Notes: a model not told the origin generated them from the sequence alone. A stretch of DNA of 64,000 nt from Bacteroides fragilis (GCA_963630775.1 CAVGNU010000001.1:28607-92606); one strand, 5' to 3'. Positions 1-9,876 are shown, counted from the first letter of the stretch. Numbers and translations are program-made.

Positions 1-73
1 CGGCGTGTTTTAATTTAACTTTTTGTTGTAAATATGATACTCTGTGTATCAGAACAGCACAAGGAGATTTGAT

Positions 74-388
74 ATGAAACAGATTCTTGTTGGATTGGCA
101 GCGGTGTTATCAATTGCGGCATGTGATAAACCAGATGAAAACAATGCAATAATTCGCACGTGTGGTGATTATGATGTTGAAATTACATTGTCCGATACGG
201 GCGACACAGTCAATGCCACAATCAATGGTGATGCGACAACGTTGAACCATGCGATTTCTGCATCGGGTGCGCGTTATGTCGGTGTATTGAATGATACGGA
301 TATCACACTGTGGAACAAGGGCACAGATTGGACGTTGTTCTTGGGCGACGACGATACCGCAGTCGCGATTGAATGTATCGCGAAATAA
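74..388 (+). CDS. MliC-family lipoprotein (membrane-bound lysozyme inhibitor of C-type lysozyme-like)
   Basis: AAGGAG RBS 7 nt upstream of ATG at 74. Lipobox LSIAAC after the signal peptide. Conserved SGARY motif and a C-terminal Cys typical of MliC/PliC. Confidence 0.6.
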   Translation: MKQILVGLAAVLSIAACDKPDENNAIIRTCGDYDVEITLSDTGDTVNATINGDATTLNHAISASGARYVGVLNDTDITLWNKGTDWTLFLGDDDTAVAIECIAK

Positions 389-443
389 GATTTATTTTGC
401 CACATCTTTGTGATAAAATAGTCAGCATAAGAAGGAGATTTTT

Positions 444-1532
444 ATGCTGACTAATTTTTTTCTGTCGCGCGGATTCAGTTTTTTTGCCAGTGGTTGGACA
501 CAATTTGCCGCGGCGTTCGGACTGTCTTTTGTGATAATGCTGCTGTTTGGTCGGTCGTTTATTGCGGCTATGCACGCATGGCAGAAAAAAGGCCAGCCCA
601 TCAGTGAAAACGTTCCAGAATCACATCGGCAAAAGGCGGGCACGCCAACCATGGGTGGAATTTTGGTCGTGTTGGCAATTTTGATTTCGTCGGTACTGTT
701 TATGCCAACGGACAGTCACGCCGCGTGGATTGCGCTGGCGGCAATGACAATGTTTGCAGTAATCGGTTTTATTGACGATTATAAAAAGGTTTCGTCGCAA
801 TCCAAAAAGGCGGCAAACGGCCTGTCGCCATTGACACGTCTGGTCACCGAAGGGGTATGTGTTGTTATATTGGCGTACATGATAAACAGCATTATGCCAC
901 CATATATCCCAGAATATTCACTGGCACTGGGGGCGGGCATAATTGTGCCATTAGGATTGCTGTATTACGTGTTTGCATATTTTGTTATTTGCGGGTCTGC
1001 AAATGCAACGAATATCACAGACGGTCTGGACGGTATGCTCGCTAAATTATATATGCCGGTTCTGGTTGTACTGGTGGTTGCGCTGTATGGTGCAACTCGT
1101 ATCGGATTCATGGATACGGTTATGTTTTTGCCAACGGCGTCCGGACTGTATGCGGTTCTGGGGGCGGCATTTGGTGCGATACTGGGATTCTTGTGGTATA
1201 ATGCGCGGCCGGCGGCAATATTTATGGGTGACGTTGGGTCACTGGCACTGGGCGGATTTATGGGTACAGTTGCAATGTTGTTGAAATCAGAAATCATTAT
1301 GGGTATCGCGGCTGGTATGATGGTGATTATTCTGATGTCGTCATTTATTCAGACAATGTGTTTCAAAATCACGCGTCGGATTACGGGTACGGGCCGTCGT
1401 GTGTTCTTGCGCGCGCCACTGCATCACCATTTTGAGGAGTTGGGTTGGCCAGAAACCAAGATTGTTGACCGATTCTTTATTATATCGGTACTATTTTCAG
1501 GATTGGCATTGGTACTGTTAAAATTTGCATAA
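444..1532 (+). CDS. mraY: phospho-N-acetylmuramoyl-pentapeptide transferase
   Basis: 362 aa polytopic membrane protein with the MraY motifs NATNITDGLDG and ARPAAIFMGDVGSLALGG. AAGGAG RBS upstream. Confidence 0.95.
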   Translation: MLTNFFLSRGFSFFASGWTQFAAAFGLSFVIMLLFGRSFIAAMHAWQKKGQPISENVPESHRQKAGTPTMGGILVVLAILISSVLFMPTDSHAAWIALAAMTMFAVIGFIDDYKKVSSQSKKAANGLSPLTRLVTEGVCVVILAYMINSIMPPYIPEYSLALGAGIIVPLGLLYYVFAYFVICGSANATNITDGLDGMLAKLYMPVLVVLVVALYGATRIGFMDTVMFLPTASGLYAVLGAAFGAILGFLWYNARPAAIFMGDVGSLALGGFMGTVAMLLKSEIIMGIAAGMMVIILMSSFIQTMCFKITRRITGTGRRVFLRAPLHHHFEELGWPETKIVDRFFIISVLFSGLALVLLKFA

Positions 1533-1540
1533 TGCGTTCC

Positions 1541-1566
1541 AGCCCGCGCAAGCGGGCCTTTTTTAT
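1541..1566 (+). terminator. rho-independent terminator after mraY
   Basis: GC-rich hairpin GCCCGCGCAAGCGGGC followed by CTTTTTTAT. Confidence 0.55.
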
Positions 1567-1618
1567 AAAATATTTTTTGACGGGTATATTTTCGTAAAAA
1601 TCATGGTATAATACGGGC

Positions 1619-2758
1619 ATGAGCATAAGAACCGAAGACAGTAAATTCACCAGTTGGATTCTAGAGATAGACCGCCGTCTGCTGTGGGCGGTGTTGGCAC
1701 TGGTATTTGTTGGGGCAATATTTGTTGTTTCTGCGGGCAGTGTGTCCGCCGCACGCATACACCAGCCATGGTATTTTTTCTTGGTAAAATCCATACCGTT
1801 TTATGTCATTGGACTGATAACATTGTTTGTTGCCAGTATGCTGAAAAAGCAATGGGTGCTGGGTATATCGACGTTAAATGTTTGTGTGGGGCTGGTGCTG
1901 TTGGCTTGGACATGCATTGTGCCCTATAAAATCAATGGGTCAGCCCGATTCGTACATACGCCAATTACAAATATTTCCCCATCAGATATTATGAAACCGG
2001 GATTCGTGATTTTGACCGCGTGGTTTTTGTACAAAATGCACAGTACATACGGCGATAATATGTTTTTGGCGCGTGATGCGTGGCGTTTCCGCAAACTCAG
2101 TTGGTGGACGTATCTGGCAATATTTGTGCCGGTGCTGTTGATTATGTTTTTGCACCCTGACGTGGGGACGGCATTCTTGTACACAATTACGTTTGGTGGT
2201 ATGACATTTTTGGCGGGATTGCCATGGTCGATTGTAATCGGTTTGGTTGGGCTTGGACTGTTTGCGGGTGTGACGGCATTTATGATTATGCCACACGTCC
2301 ATGCACGTTTTATGTCGTTCTTTACCGGCCAAGGGGACAAGTATCAGGTAACGCAATCAATTCAATCGATTCAGCACGGCGGCCTGTTGGGCAGTGGTGA
2401 TGACGCATTTGTCAAAGAATCCTTGCCCGATGCGCATACTGACTTTATCTATGCCGCCATTGTCGAAGATTTTGGTGCAATCGTTGCGTGCGTGTTGCTG
2501 TGCGGGCTGGTATATGTGTTAAAGCGTTTGACCACAGACGCCATGTCATCGCGCAATCCGTTTGTGTTCTATGCAACGGGCGGCGCGGCGATATTGTTTG
2601 GAACACAGGTGTGTATCAATCTGGCAACAACACTGCACATGATGCCGCCAAAGGGTATGACATTGCCATTCATTTCATACGGGGGCAGTTCGTTTGTCGG
2701 GTTCTGCCTGCTGTTCGGTATGGTTTTGGCACTGATACGCGAAGATAAATGGAAATAG
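1619..2758 (+). CDS. ftsW: SEDS-family cell division protein FtsW (peptidoglycan polymerase)
   Basis: 379 aa, 10 TM, FtsW/RodA signatures. Sits between mraY and murG. Confidence 0.9.
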   Translation: MSIRTEDSKFTSWILEIDRRLLWAVLALVFVGAIFVVSAGSVSAARIHQPWYFFLVKSIPFYVIGLITLFVASMLKKQWVLGISTLNVCVGLVLLAWTCIVPYKINGSARFVHTPITNISPSDIMKPGFVILTAWFLYKMHSTYGDNMFLARDAWRFRKLSWWTYLAIFVPVLLIMFLHPDVGTAFLYTITFGGMTFLAGLPWSIVIGLVGLGLFAGVTAFMIMPHVHARFMSFFTGQGDKYQVTQSIQSIQHGGLLGSGDDAFVKESLPDAHTDFIYAAIVEDFGAIVACVLLCGLVYVLKRLTTDAMSSRNPFVFYATGGAAILFGTQVCINLATTLHMMPPKGMTLPFISYGGSSFVGFCLLFGMVLALIREDKWK

Positions 2759-2767
2759 GGGAATAAT

Positions 2768-3814
2768 ATGAAAATATGGATTGCAACGGGTGGTACGGGG
2801 GGACATGTGTTTCCAGCACTGAGTGTCGCAACAGAATTGGTCGCGCGTGGTCATCGGGTTATAATTTCAACCGATAGTCGCGTCAAGAAAATGGTGCGCG
2901 ATGGCGCGCCGGCTGGCGCAAAATTGGCGTGCGTGTGGGCGTCGGGCGTTGGCGCAAAGAGTCGCCTGCACCAAATCATCGCACTGTCGAAAATCGCATT
3001 TTCGGCGGCGGCATTGACGTTGCGTTTCGCGTTTTCACGCCCCGCGCGTTTGGTTGCGTTTGGTGGCTATGCATCTGTGCCGGCGGTATTTGCCGCGCAC
3101 GTGTGGCATATTCCAACATTCTTGCATGAACAAAATGCCGCGATTGGTCGCGCAAATAAATTCACAATGCGCTGGGTTAAAACATTGATGACCAGTTTCC
3201 CAACCGTATCTGGCATTCCTGCCGGCACGTCGGCACGCGTGGTTTATACGGGGCTGCCGGTGCGTCGTGAATTTTTGACCTTGGCGGGCAGTCCGATTCC
3301 AAAGCAGGGTAAATTATTGGTCACGGGTGGATCACTGGGCGCGCAAATCTTGGACGATGTTGTGCCGGTGGCAATCGCCGCAATGAAAAATAAAAAGATT
3401 TTTGTTACGCACCAGACGCGTCCTGAAAACGTTGCGCGTCTGCAAAAATTTTATGCCGAAAACAAAATCCATGCAAATGTGCTGTCGTTTATTCATGATA
3501 TGGCTGCGACGATTGCCGATGCCGATTTGGTTATTGGACGCAGCGGGGCCAGCACGGTCATAGAATTGGAAACAATCGGTCGTGGTGCGATTTTTGTGCC
3601 ATTGGGCATCAATCCTGATCAGGCCGCCAATGCCGCCAGTTTTGCGCGTCTGGGTGGCGGATTTGCGATTGAACAATCTAAATTTACGGCGCGGTGGTTG
3701 ACGGCAACGCTGACCGAATTGTTTGATAATCCATCGCGCTTGGCCAAGATGGCGCAAAAGTCATGTGTGCTGAATAATGCGGTGAATTTAATCGCCGATG
3801 AAATAACAAAATAA
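2768..3814 (+). CDS. murG: UDP-GlcNAc:undecaprenyl-PP-MurNAc-pentapeptide GlcNAc transferase
   Basis: N-terminus MKIWIATGGTGGHVFPALSVA. C-terminal GT28 domain. Confidence 0.95.
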   Translation: MKIWIATGGTGGHVFPALSVATELVARGHRVIISTDSRVKKMVRDGAPAGAKLACVWASGVGAKSRLHQIIALSKIAFSAAALTLRFAFSRPARLVAFGGYASVPAVFAAHVWHIPTFLHEQNAAIGRANKFTMRWVKTLMTSFPTVSGIPAGTSARVVYTGLPVRREFLTLAGSPIPKQGKLLVTGGSLGAQILDDVVPVAIAAMKNKKIFVTHQTRPENVARLQKFYAENKIHANVLSFIHDMAATIADADLVIGRSGASTVIELETIGRGAIFVPLGINPDQAANAASFARLGGGFAIEQSKFTARWLTATLTELFDNPSRLAKMAQKSCVLNNAVNLIADEITK

Positions 3815-3884
3815 TATCAGACGCATTTTCCGCTTGCGCGCGATTCGTCATTTGGTCTATGATTGAATCAGGAAGGAAAGGAAA

Positions 3885-5258
3885 ATGCGTCATATCGCTG
3901 TTTCTGCGTTATCATTATTTGTAATTTTACCAGCGTGGGCAAATGCCCGTCTGCCGGTCGTGAATATTGCGGCAGGTGGCGTTTCTGCGCGTGCGGCATT
4001 TGGTGATGTCGTGGCCACGCCCGCATCGGCACAGGTTGCATCAACCGCGTCGTCCGCATCAACGGTGTCTGTTGCGCCTGTACAAAAATCCAAGAAGGTT
4101 ATTGCACGCAGTGCGAAAAAATCGGTTGCCCCAGCGCCGGTTGTGACCGCACAAAAAACATCTGTGGATACGGGGGAACGTATCGCCGCCAATGATGATA
4201 TTTTGTCCCCACATCGCCCCAGTGCGGATTTGTGGGCTCGCAGTACATCCGACGCGCCGTTACGCATGCCAGATGTATCTGAATTTGCGGTATATCGCAC
4301 TGACAGTTTATTGCCCGAAGAAAATATTGATTCATCGTATGCCGTTGCAACCCCCGCGCGCAGTGTGGTTGCACGTGTCGAAAACACGTCTGCAAATGTG
4401 CCAACGCCAACGTCGGCGTTGTCTGAATTTGATGCGCAAATCGCGCACCTGAACGAATTGCAACAGCGTGCGAACGCCAGTGTTGTCGCAAATAATGCTG
4501 CTACGACCGATACGTCACTCGCCCGCCGTGCAGATGTCACGGTGCGCAGCCCGATTGTTTCAACGCCCGTCGCCCCCAAAAACAGCGCGTCTGCAACCGA
4601 TAATGTTGCATTGTCGCGTTTGGTCGTGCCGATGGACAACAATGATGTAATTGTTCGTGCGGTTGAAAAATCCGAATCGCCACGTATTGCCACGGTGCGC
4701 GATGACATGACCAAGATGTCGCCAACCGAATTGCGCAAAGCGTTTCGTAAAACATTCTTGTCCGAAAATAAACACCTGTCGACCTACCAGATGGACAACC
4801 GTTTTGATGTGGCCAGCGATATGACCACGTCGATAGAGGGATTCACATCACGTCGTGATTTGTCAGAGGTTGGCGGTATTCGTCCACTGGAAATCAAAAT
4901 AAAATTCCGTGACGATGATTCTGCGTTGTCGCGTGATAATTATAATTTATTATCGGAATATGCTGGGATTGTTGTTGCAAATCCAACACGTGCGATTCAG
5001 GTTGGTATCCCGCAAAATGTCGCAAACAGTAACGACGCCCGTAAATTGGCGGCGCGCCGCTTGGCCATCGTGGAACAGGTCTTACGCGACAGCGGGGTTT
5101 CCGAACAGCGTATATTACCCGTATTGTCCCAGCGTAACGAAGATGGGTTCGTACTGCGTATGATTTCCAATGACCAGTATGAAACATTGACCCAAAAACG
5201 TCGCGATATGTTCGGCGACACCATTGGCAAAAAAACGTACAAGAGTATGAGTTGGTAA
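3885..5258 (+). CDS. secreted protein with C-terminal OmpA/MotB-like peptidoglycan-binding domain
   Basis: Signal peptide MRHIAVSALSLFVILPAWANA. Low-complexity Ala/Ser/Val-rich N-terminal half. C-terminal 110 aa resemble the OmpA_C fold (…ARRLAIVEQVLRDSGVSEQRI…). GGAAAGGAAA RBS. Confidence 0.55.
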   Translation: MRHIAVSALSLFVILPAWANARLPVVNIAAGGVSARAAFGDVVATPASAQVASTASSASTVSVAPVQKSKKVIARSAKKSVAPAPVVTAQKTSVDTGERIAANDDILSPHRPSADLWARSTSDAPLRMPDVSEFAVYRTDSLLPEENIDSSYAVATPARSVVARVENTSANVPTPTSALSEFDAQIAHLNELQQRANASVVANNAATTDTSLARRADVTVRSPIVSTPVAPKNSASATDNVALSRLVVPMDNNDVIVRAVEKSESPRIATVRDDMTKMSPTELRKAFRKTFLSENKHLSTYQMDNRFDVASDMTTSIEGFTSRRDLSEVGGIRPLEIKIKFRDDDSALSRDNYNLLSEYAGIVVANPTRAIQVGIPQNVANSNDARKLAARRLAIVEQVLRDSGVSEQRILPVLSQRNEDGFVLRMISNDQYETLTQKRRDMFGDTIGKKTYKSMSW

Positions 5259-5986
5259 TTCGTAATCTGTTTGCTTGCTTGATAAATTTTCTGTATCCGC
5301 CGTCGTGTCCACTGTGCCAGACGGCGGTATCATTACATGGCGAATTGTGCGCCGATTGTTGGACGGCGTTTAACTGGATTGATGGGCCGCATTGTGCCCA
5401 GTGCGGTTACCCTTTTCCAACAAATCTGGATTTGTCGCCAAATGCAAAATGTCCGATATGCGCATCTGGTGGCTGTGAATTAGATTTGATACGCAGTGCA
5501 TGTGTATATGACGATGCATCGCGTGCGGCAATGTTGCCGTTCAAGCACTGCGGTCGCACCGCATACGCGCGATTTATGTCACGTGCATGTATTTGGGCAT
5601 TGCGTGATGTGGATATTTCGCCCGATATTGTTATACCCGTGCCACTGGCGTATCGGCGTTTGGTTCATCGTACGTATAATCAGGCGACGTTACTGGCGCG
5701 ACCAATCGCACGTGCATATGGCGCACGTCTGGACGTAGACAGCGTACGTCGTATCTATCGGCCTGATATGGGGCACAAAAACGCGCGCCAGCGGGCCGAA
5801 AATATTCACGGTGTATTTCGGGTTGCACGCCCAAGCCACATTTGCGGAAAACAGATTTTGATTGTTGATGATGTTATGACCACAGGTGCAACGTTTTCAG
5901 AACTGCGTCGTGCACTGGTTCGCGCTGGTGCGACGGCCGTGTATGGCGTGTCATTTTGTCGCGCCCTTCGTGTTGTGCAAAACTAG
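5252..5986 (+). CDS. comF: ComF-family competence protein (phosphoribosyltransferase domain)
   Basis: TTG start with AAGAG RBS. Overlaps the upstream stop. N-terminal CxxC…CxxC zinc finger and C-terminal PRTase motif ILIVDDVMTTGATF. Confidence 0.75.
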   Translation: MVIRNLFACLINFLYPPSCPLCQTAVSLHGELCADCWTAFNWIDGPHCAQCGYPFPTNLDLSPNAKCPICASGGCELDLIRSACVYDDASRAAMLPFKHCGRTAYARFMSRACIWALRDVDISPDIVIPVPLAYRRLVHRTYNQATLLARPIARAYGARLDVDSVRRIYRPDMGHKNARQRAENIHGVFRVARPSHICGKQILIVDDVMTTGATFSELRRALVRAGATAVYGVSFCRALRVVQN

Positions 5987-6408
5987 TTGATTGAATTATT
6001 GTTCGCGTTGATAAAGGCACTCTTTATCATGTGATTTTTGCGCGCCTCTATTTCTTGGGAAATAACCTTGGCAGAACACAAGCGAATTAAGTTTTCCAAT
6101 CTGTCGGCGTGACTGTATGTCTGTTTGCCCTTGTGCGATGAGTTTGTTTTCTGTGTTGGTGTATAATAATTCAGAATGCGTTTTGTCGCTTGCAATGCAA
6201 GGTTGCCATTGACGTACAGTGTATACGTGGCGTCCATGCCACCAACTGATACGCCGGCGTACTGACAGGTCAGAATAACATTAGATTCTTCTTCGTCATC
6301 GGGGTCGGTCAGGTCAATAAAATATTCTGTGAATGACGGCGTGTTCAGCACTGACACATACGTGTATGGAATTGTGTGCTCTAACAATGTCAGATAATCT
6401 TGTTGCAT
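5983..6408 (-). CDS. hypothetical protein
   Basis: 141-aa ORF with an AAGAG RBS 8 nt upstream of ATG. Convergent with comF. No recognisable motifs. Confidence 0.45.
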   Translation of the reverse strand: MQQDYLTLLEHTIPYTYVSVLNTPSFTEYFIDLTDPDDEEESNVILTCQYAGVSVGGMDATYTLYVNGNLALQATKRILNYYTPTQKTNSSHKGKQTYSHADRLENLIRLCSAKVISQEIEARKNHMIKSAFINANNNSIN

Positions 6409-6551
6409 TGCGTGCTCTTTTTTTATGATGATAATACATATATGGGTTTTGTCAAGCGTTGCACACGCGCGCGCACATGCGTACTTGAATTTTGAAATAA
6501 TTCTGATACGATTTGCGGGTAATTACAAATAATACGAAGGCAAGTTAAAAA

Positions 6552-8954
6552 ATGAACATTGAATTGGGCAAGAATATCAACGCGCGCGAAATTGAAACCA
6601 AGATTCAGGAATTTTGGGACAATAATCATTTCTGGGACAACGATGTTAAATCGACCAAACCCGCATTTTGCATTATGATGCCACCACCAAATGTGACGGG
6701 CAATCTGCATATGGGACATGCGTTGGACAATGTTTTGTCTGATATTATTTGTCGCTATAAACGTATGTGTGGCTATGATGTTTTATGGCAACCGGGGACA
6801 GACCATGCGTCAATCGCGACCCAGTTGTTGGTGGAACGTGATTTATCCAAGCGCGGCATTAATCCACGCACAAAAACAAAACAAGAATTGCTGGACATCG
6901 CATGGGCATGGAAGGCGGACAAGGGCGGCCAGATTATTAAACAGTTACACACACTGGGCGTAACGCCGGTGTGGTCGCGTGAACGCTTTACGATGGACAC
7001 GGGCCTGTCTGCGGCGGTGGGCAAACTGTTCGTCAAGATGTATAACGAGGGGTTGATTTATCGCGCGCGTCGTTTGGTCAATTGGTGTCCAAAACAACAG
7101 ACCTCTATTTCGGATTTAGAGGTAGATGTTCGTGAAGAACACGGTAAATTCTATTATTTCAAATACCCATTAAAAGACGGTGGTTTTATTGAAATTGCGA
7201 CCACGCGTCCTGAAACATTATTTGGCGATCAGGCGATTGCAATTCACCCAGATAACGAAAAATTAAAACACCTGATTGGTAAAACGGCAATCATTCCGTT
7301 GACTAATATCGAAATTCCGGTTATTGCCGATGTGCATGCCGACCCTGATAAGGGTACGGGTGCGGTGAAAATCACCCCCGCGCATGACAAGGACGACTGG
7401 GCGGTTGGCCTGCGTCACAATTTGCCAGTGGTGTGTGTTTTGACGGGTGATGCCAAAATGGCGGACATTGATGTTGTGCCTGAAAAATATCGTGGCATGG
7501 ACAGATTTACTGCCCGTACTGAAATTATCAAGGATTTGGACGCTGCGGGTCTGATGATTAAAATCGATGACAAGATTATTCCAACGCCATATTCCGAACG
7601 TGGCAATGTTGTTATTGAATACATGGTGCGTGATGAATGGTTTGTTGATGCGCCAAAATTAGCAGAGCGGGCCATCGCCGCGGTCGAAGGCGGTCGGGTT
7701 AAATTTATGCCCGAACACCGCTATAACTTGTTTATGGCTTGGATGCGTGATATTCACGAATGGTCAATTTCGCGTCAACTGTGGTGGGGGCACCAGATTC
7801 CGGCGTGGTATGACGCCGATGGCAATATCTATGTTGCTGAAAACGAGGCAGATGCGATTGCGCAATCAGGTGGTCGGGAATTGACACGTGATGCGTCGTG
7901 CTTGGATACATGGTTTTCGTCTGCGTTGTGGCCATTTTCAACATTAGGTTGGCCAGAACAGACCCCAGAATTGGCGAAATATTACCCAACTGATTTGTTA
8001 TATACCGGTGCGGATATCATCTTCTTTTGGGTGGCGCGTATGATTATGATGGGTATTTATGTCATGGGCGATGTTCCATTCCACACGGTGAATTTCCACG
8101 GTCTGGTACGCGATTCCAAGGGGCAAAAGATGTCCAAGACCAAAGGCAACGGTACAGACCCATTGACCACCGTTGACAAGTTCGGTGCGGACGCATTGCG
8201 TTATTGGGTGGCAACCGCGCCAATCGGTACCGACATCAGATACAGTGATGACGAGGTTAAACGTGGTTCAAAACTGCTGACTAAATTGTGGAATGCGGCA
8301 AAGTATACACTGATGAATCTGACAGATTTTGAACCAAAATCGGCCACGCCTGTTGCGATTGCCGATCGTCATATCGAAGACAGATGGGTTTTGTCAGAAT
8401 TGAATAAAACAATCGCAGATGTTCGTCGCAATTTGGACAAATACGATAATTATAATTCCCGTGCCGCCATTGACACATTCTTCTATGAGGTGTTCTGTGA
8501 CCAGTATCTGGAATTTATCAAGGATCGTTTCTGGTCACCAGAAAAATACGACGCCAAATCGAAACTGGCGGCGCAATGGACTTTGTTTGAGGTTCTGCGT
8601 GCCATCATCGGTTTGTATGCGCCGTTTATTCCATTCTTGACCGAAGAATTGTGGCAGAAAATTTATCGTGATGTTGAGGGGGGCGAAACCCTGCATCTGA
8701 CCGCATTTCCGGCGGTGGATTCGTCGCGCGATACCGATGTGTGTGATATGCAAATTGCGCTAGATATTTTGCGTAATGTTCGCGGTCTGCGCACAGAACG
8801 CAAAGTTGGCAATGGCGCGAAACTAGAAACTTTGATAATCCCGTCCGATACGCCGGCGGCATTGCATGGCGTGATTAAATCCGCCGCGCGTGCGAATGAA
8901 ATTGCGTTGGGTGATGCGATTGACTTTGTTGTTGCGCAAAACATTCAAGGGTAA
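6552..8954 (+). CDS. valS: valine--tRNA ligase (short, 800 aa form)
   Basis: Class I HIGH (PPPNVTGNLHMGHA) and KMSKS (KMSKTKGN) motifs. Editing domain present. Lacks the long C-terminal coiled coil, as in Rickettsia-type ValRS. Confidence 0.95.
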   Translation: MNIELGKNINAREIETKIQEFWDNNHFWDNDVKSTKPAFCIMMPPPNVTGNLHMGHALDNVLSDIICRYKRMCGYDVLWQPGTDHASIATQLLVERDLSKRGINPRTKTKQELLDIAWAWKADKGGQIIKQLHTLGVTPVWSRERFTMDTGLSAAVGKLFVKMYNEGLIYRARRLVNWCPKQQTSISDLEVDVREEHGKFYYFKYPLKDGGFIEIATTRPETLFGDQAIAIHPDNEKLKHLIGKTAIIPLTNIEIPVIADVHADPDKGTGAVKITPAHDKDDWAVGLRHNLPVVCVLTGDAKMADIDVVPEKYRGMDRFTARTEIIKDLDAAGLMIKIDDKIIPTPYSERGNVVIEYMVRDEWFVDAPKLAERAIAAVEGGRVKFMPEHRYNLFMAWMRDIHEWSISRQLWWGHQIPAWYDADGNIYVAENEADAIAQSGGRELTRDASCLDTWFSSALWPFSTLGWPEQTPELAKYYPTDLLYTGADIIFFWVARMIMMGIYVMGDVPFHTVNFHGLVRDSKGQKMSKTKGNGTDPLTTVDKFGADALRYWVATAPIGTDIRYSDDEVKRGSKLLTKLWNAAKYTLMNLTDFEPKSATPVAIADRHIEDRWVLSELNKTIADVRRNLDKYDNYNSRAAIDTFFYEVFCDQYLEFIKDRFWSPEKYDAKSKLAAQWTLFEVLRAIIGLYAPFIPFLTEELWQKIYRDVEGGETLHLTAFPAVDSSRDTDVCDMQIALDILRNVRGLRTERKVGNGAKLETLIIPSDTPAALHGVIKSAARANEIALGDAIDFVVAQNIQG

Positions 8955-9685
8955 TGGTCGTGTCTAATAAACTGATAGTGAAACGCATTTTGCAAACGTA
9001 CCAGTGTGACAGATATGGGTACGTTCGCCCGTTGATTCTGATGAATGAATTACAGGGTTGTGCGGACACACATGCCGAAATGTTGGGGTGTGGTCGTACT
9101 TTTTTGACCGCGCATAATATGGCGTGGGTTGTAACGCACTATTTGGTCGATATCATTGAGTTGCCGCGCGAGGGCGAAGAGCTGACGTTTTCCACATGGC
9201 CATCAATGACAGAATTGTTGCGTGCCACCCGTGATTTTGAAATTCGTGGTGCAGACGGTCGTTTGATGGTGCGTGCAACGTCGCAGTGGGTTCTGATTGA
9301 TATGGCAACGCGTCGGCCGGTGCGTTTGGCAGATGCCGTGCCAACATTGGTGCACAATGGGGTACGCGCATGGGACAGAATATTTTGTAAATTCCCAGAT
9401 TTTTCGCCACAAAAAACACATGTATTCAAATGTCGCTTTGATGACATTGATGTGAACCAGCATATAAATAACGCGGTCTATGCCGTGTGGGCAACCGAAA
9501 GCGTGGGTTATACATATCGCAATGAACACAAATTGCGCAGTATAGAATTGAATTTCAAAAAAGAAATCAACCCTGACACGCCACAGGTTGAAATTGATGT
9601 CAAAATTGACGGTGACACATCACATCATAAAATCCGCACAGGCGACACCGAACACGCATCGGTCATGTGCACATGGGTTAAATAA
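8954..9685 (+). CDS. acyl-[acyl-carrier-protein] thioesterase (FatA/FatB-like tandem hotdog)
   Basis: 243 aa with two hotdog halves and the conserved …VDINQHINNAVY… block of the Acyl-ACP_TE family. ATG overlaps the valS stop by 1 nt. Confidence 0.75.
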   Translation: MVVSNKLIVKRILQTYQCDRYGYVRPLILMNELQGCADTHAEMLGCGRTFLTAHNMAWVVTHYLVDIIELPREGEELTFSTWPSMTELLRATRDFEIRGADGRLMVRATSQWVLIDMATRRPVRLADAVPTLVHNGVRAWDRIFCKFPDFSPQKTHVFKCRFDDIDVNQHINNAVYAVWATESVGYTYRNEHKLRSIELNFKKEINPDTPQVEIDVKIDGDTSHHKIRTGDTEHASVMCTWVK

Positions 9686-9710
9686 CAAACGCGCCAGTGG
9701 CGCGTTTGTT
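9684..9710. terminator. bidirectional rho-independent terminator
   Basis: AACAAACGCGCCAGTGGCGCGTTTGTT: a perfect hairpin flanked by an A-run and a T-run. Confidence 0.7.
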
Positions 9711-9713
9711 ATT

Positions 9714-9765
9714 CCCCTCCATCGGGAGGGGTGTCGCACTTATGTGCGACGGGGAGGGTTACTGA
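9714..9765. repeat. GC-rich palindromic hairpin pair (CCCCTCC…GGAGGGG / GTCGCAC…GTGCGAC)
   Basis: Two consecutive perfect hairpins. Related CCCCTCC/GGAGGGG arms recur at 63186-63345. Confidence 0.5.
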
Positions 9766-9782
9766 TAAAGTTTTAACTCCTC

Positions 9783-9840
9783 TGTCATTGCGAACGTAGT
9801 GCGGCAATCCAGTTTATTATATGTCGCGCGCAGCGCGCAT
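9783..9840. repeat. dispersed ~60-bp palindromic element, copy A (CATTGCGA…GCAATCCAGT…GTCGCGCGCAGCGCGCAT)
   Basis: Near-identical copy at 63122-63180. A related GTCATTCCGTGG…CCACGGAATCC lies at 61619-61646. Confidence 0.6.
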
Positions 9841-9841
9841 T

Positions 9842-9876
9842 ATTTGAACTCTGAACTTTGCACTTTGAACTCTAAT
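9842..9876. repeat. TTTGAACT(C/T)TGAACTTTG short tandem/dispersed repeat
   Basis: The same GAACTTTGAACTCTGAACTTTGAACT motif recurs at 50165-50196. Confidence 0.55.

Noticed and set aside
3890-4738. 282-aa minus-strand ORF
   Set aside because: Entirely antisense within the OmpA-like gene. Ala/Thr/Ser-rich composition mirrors the low-complexity sense strand.
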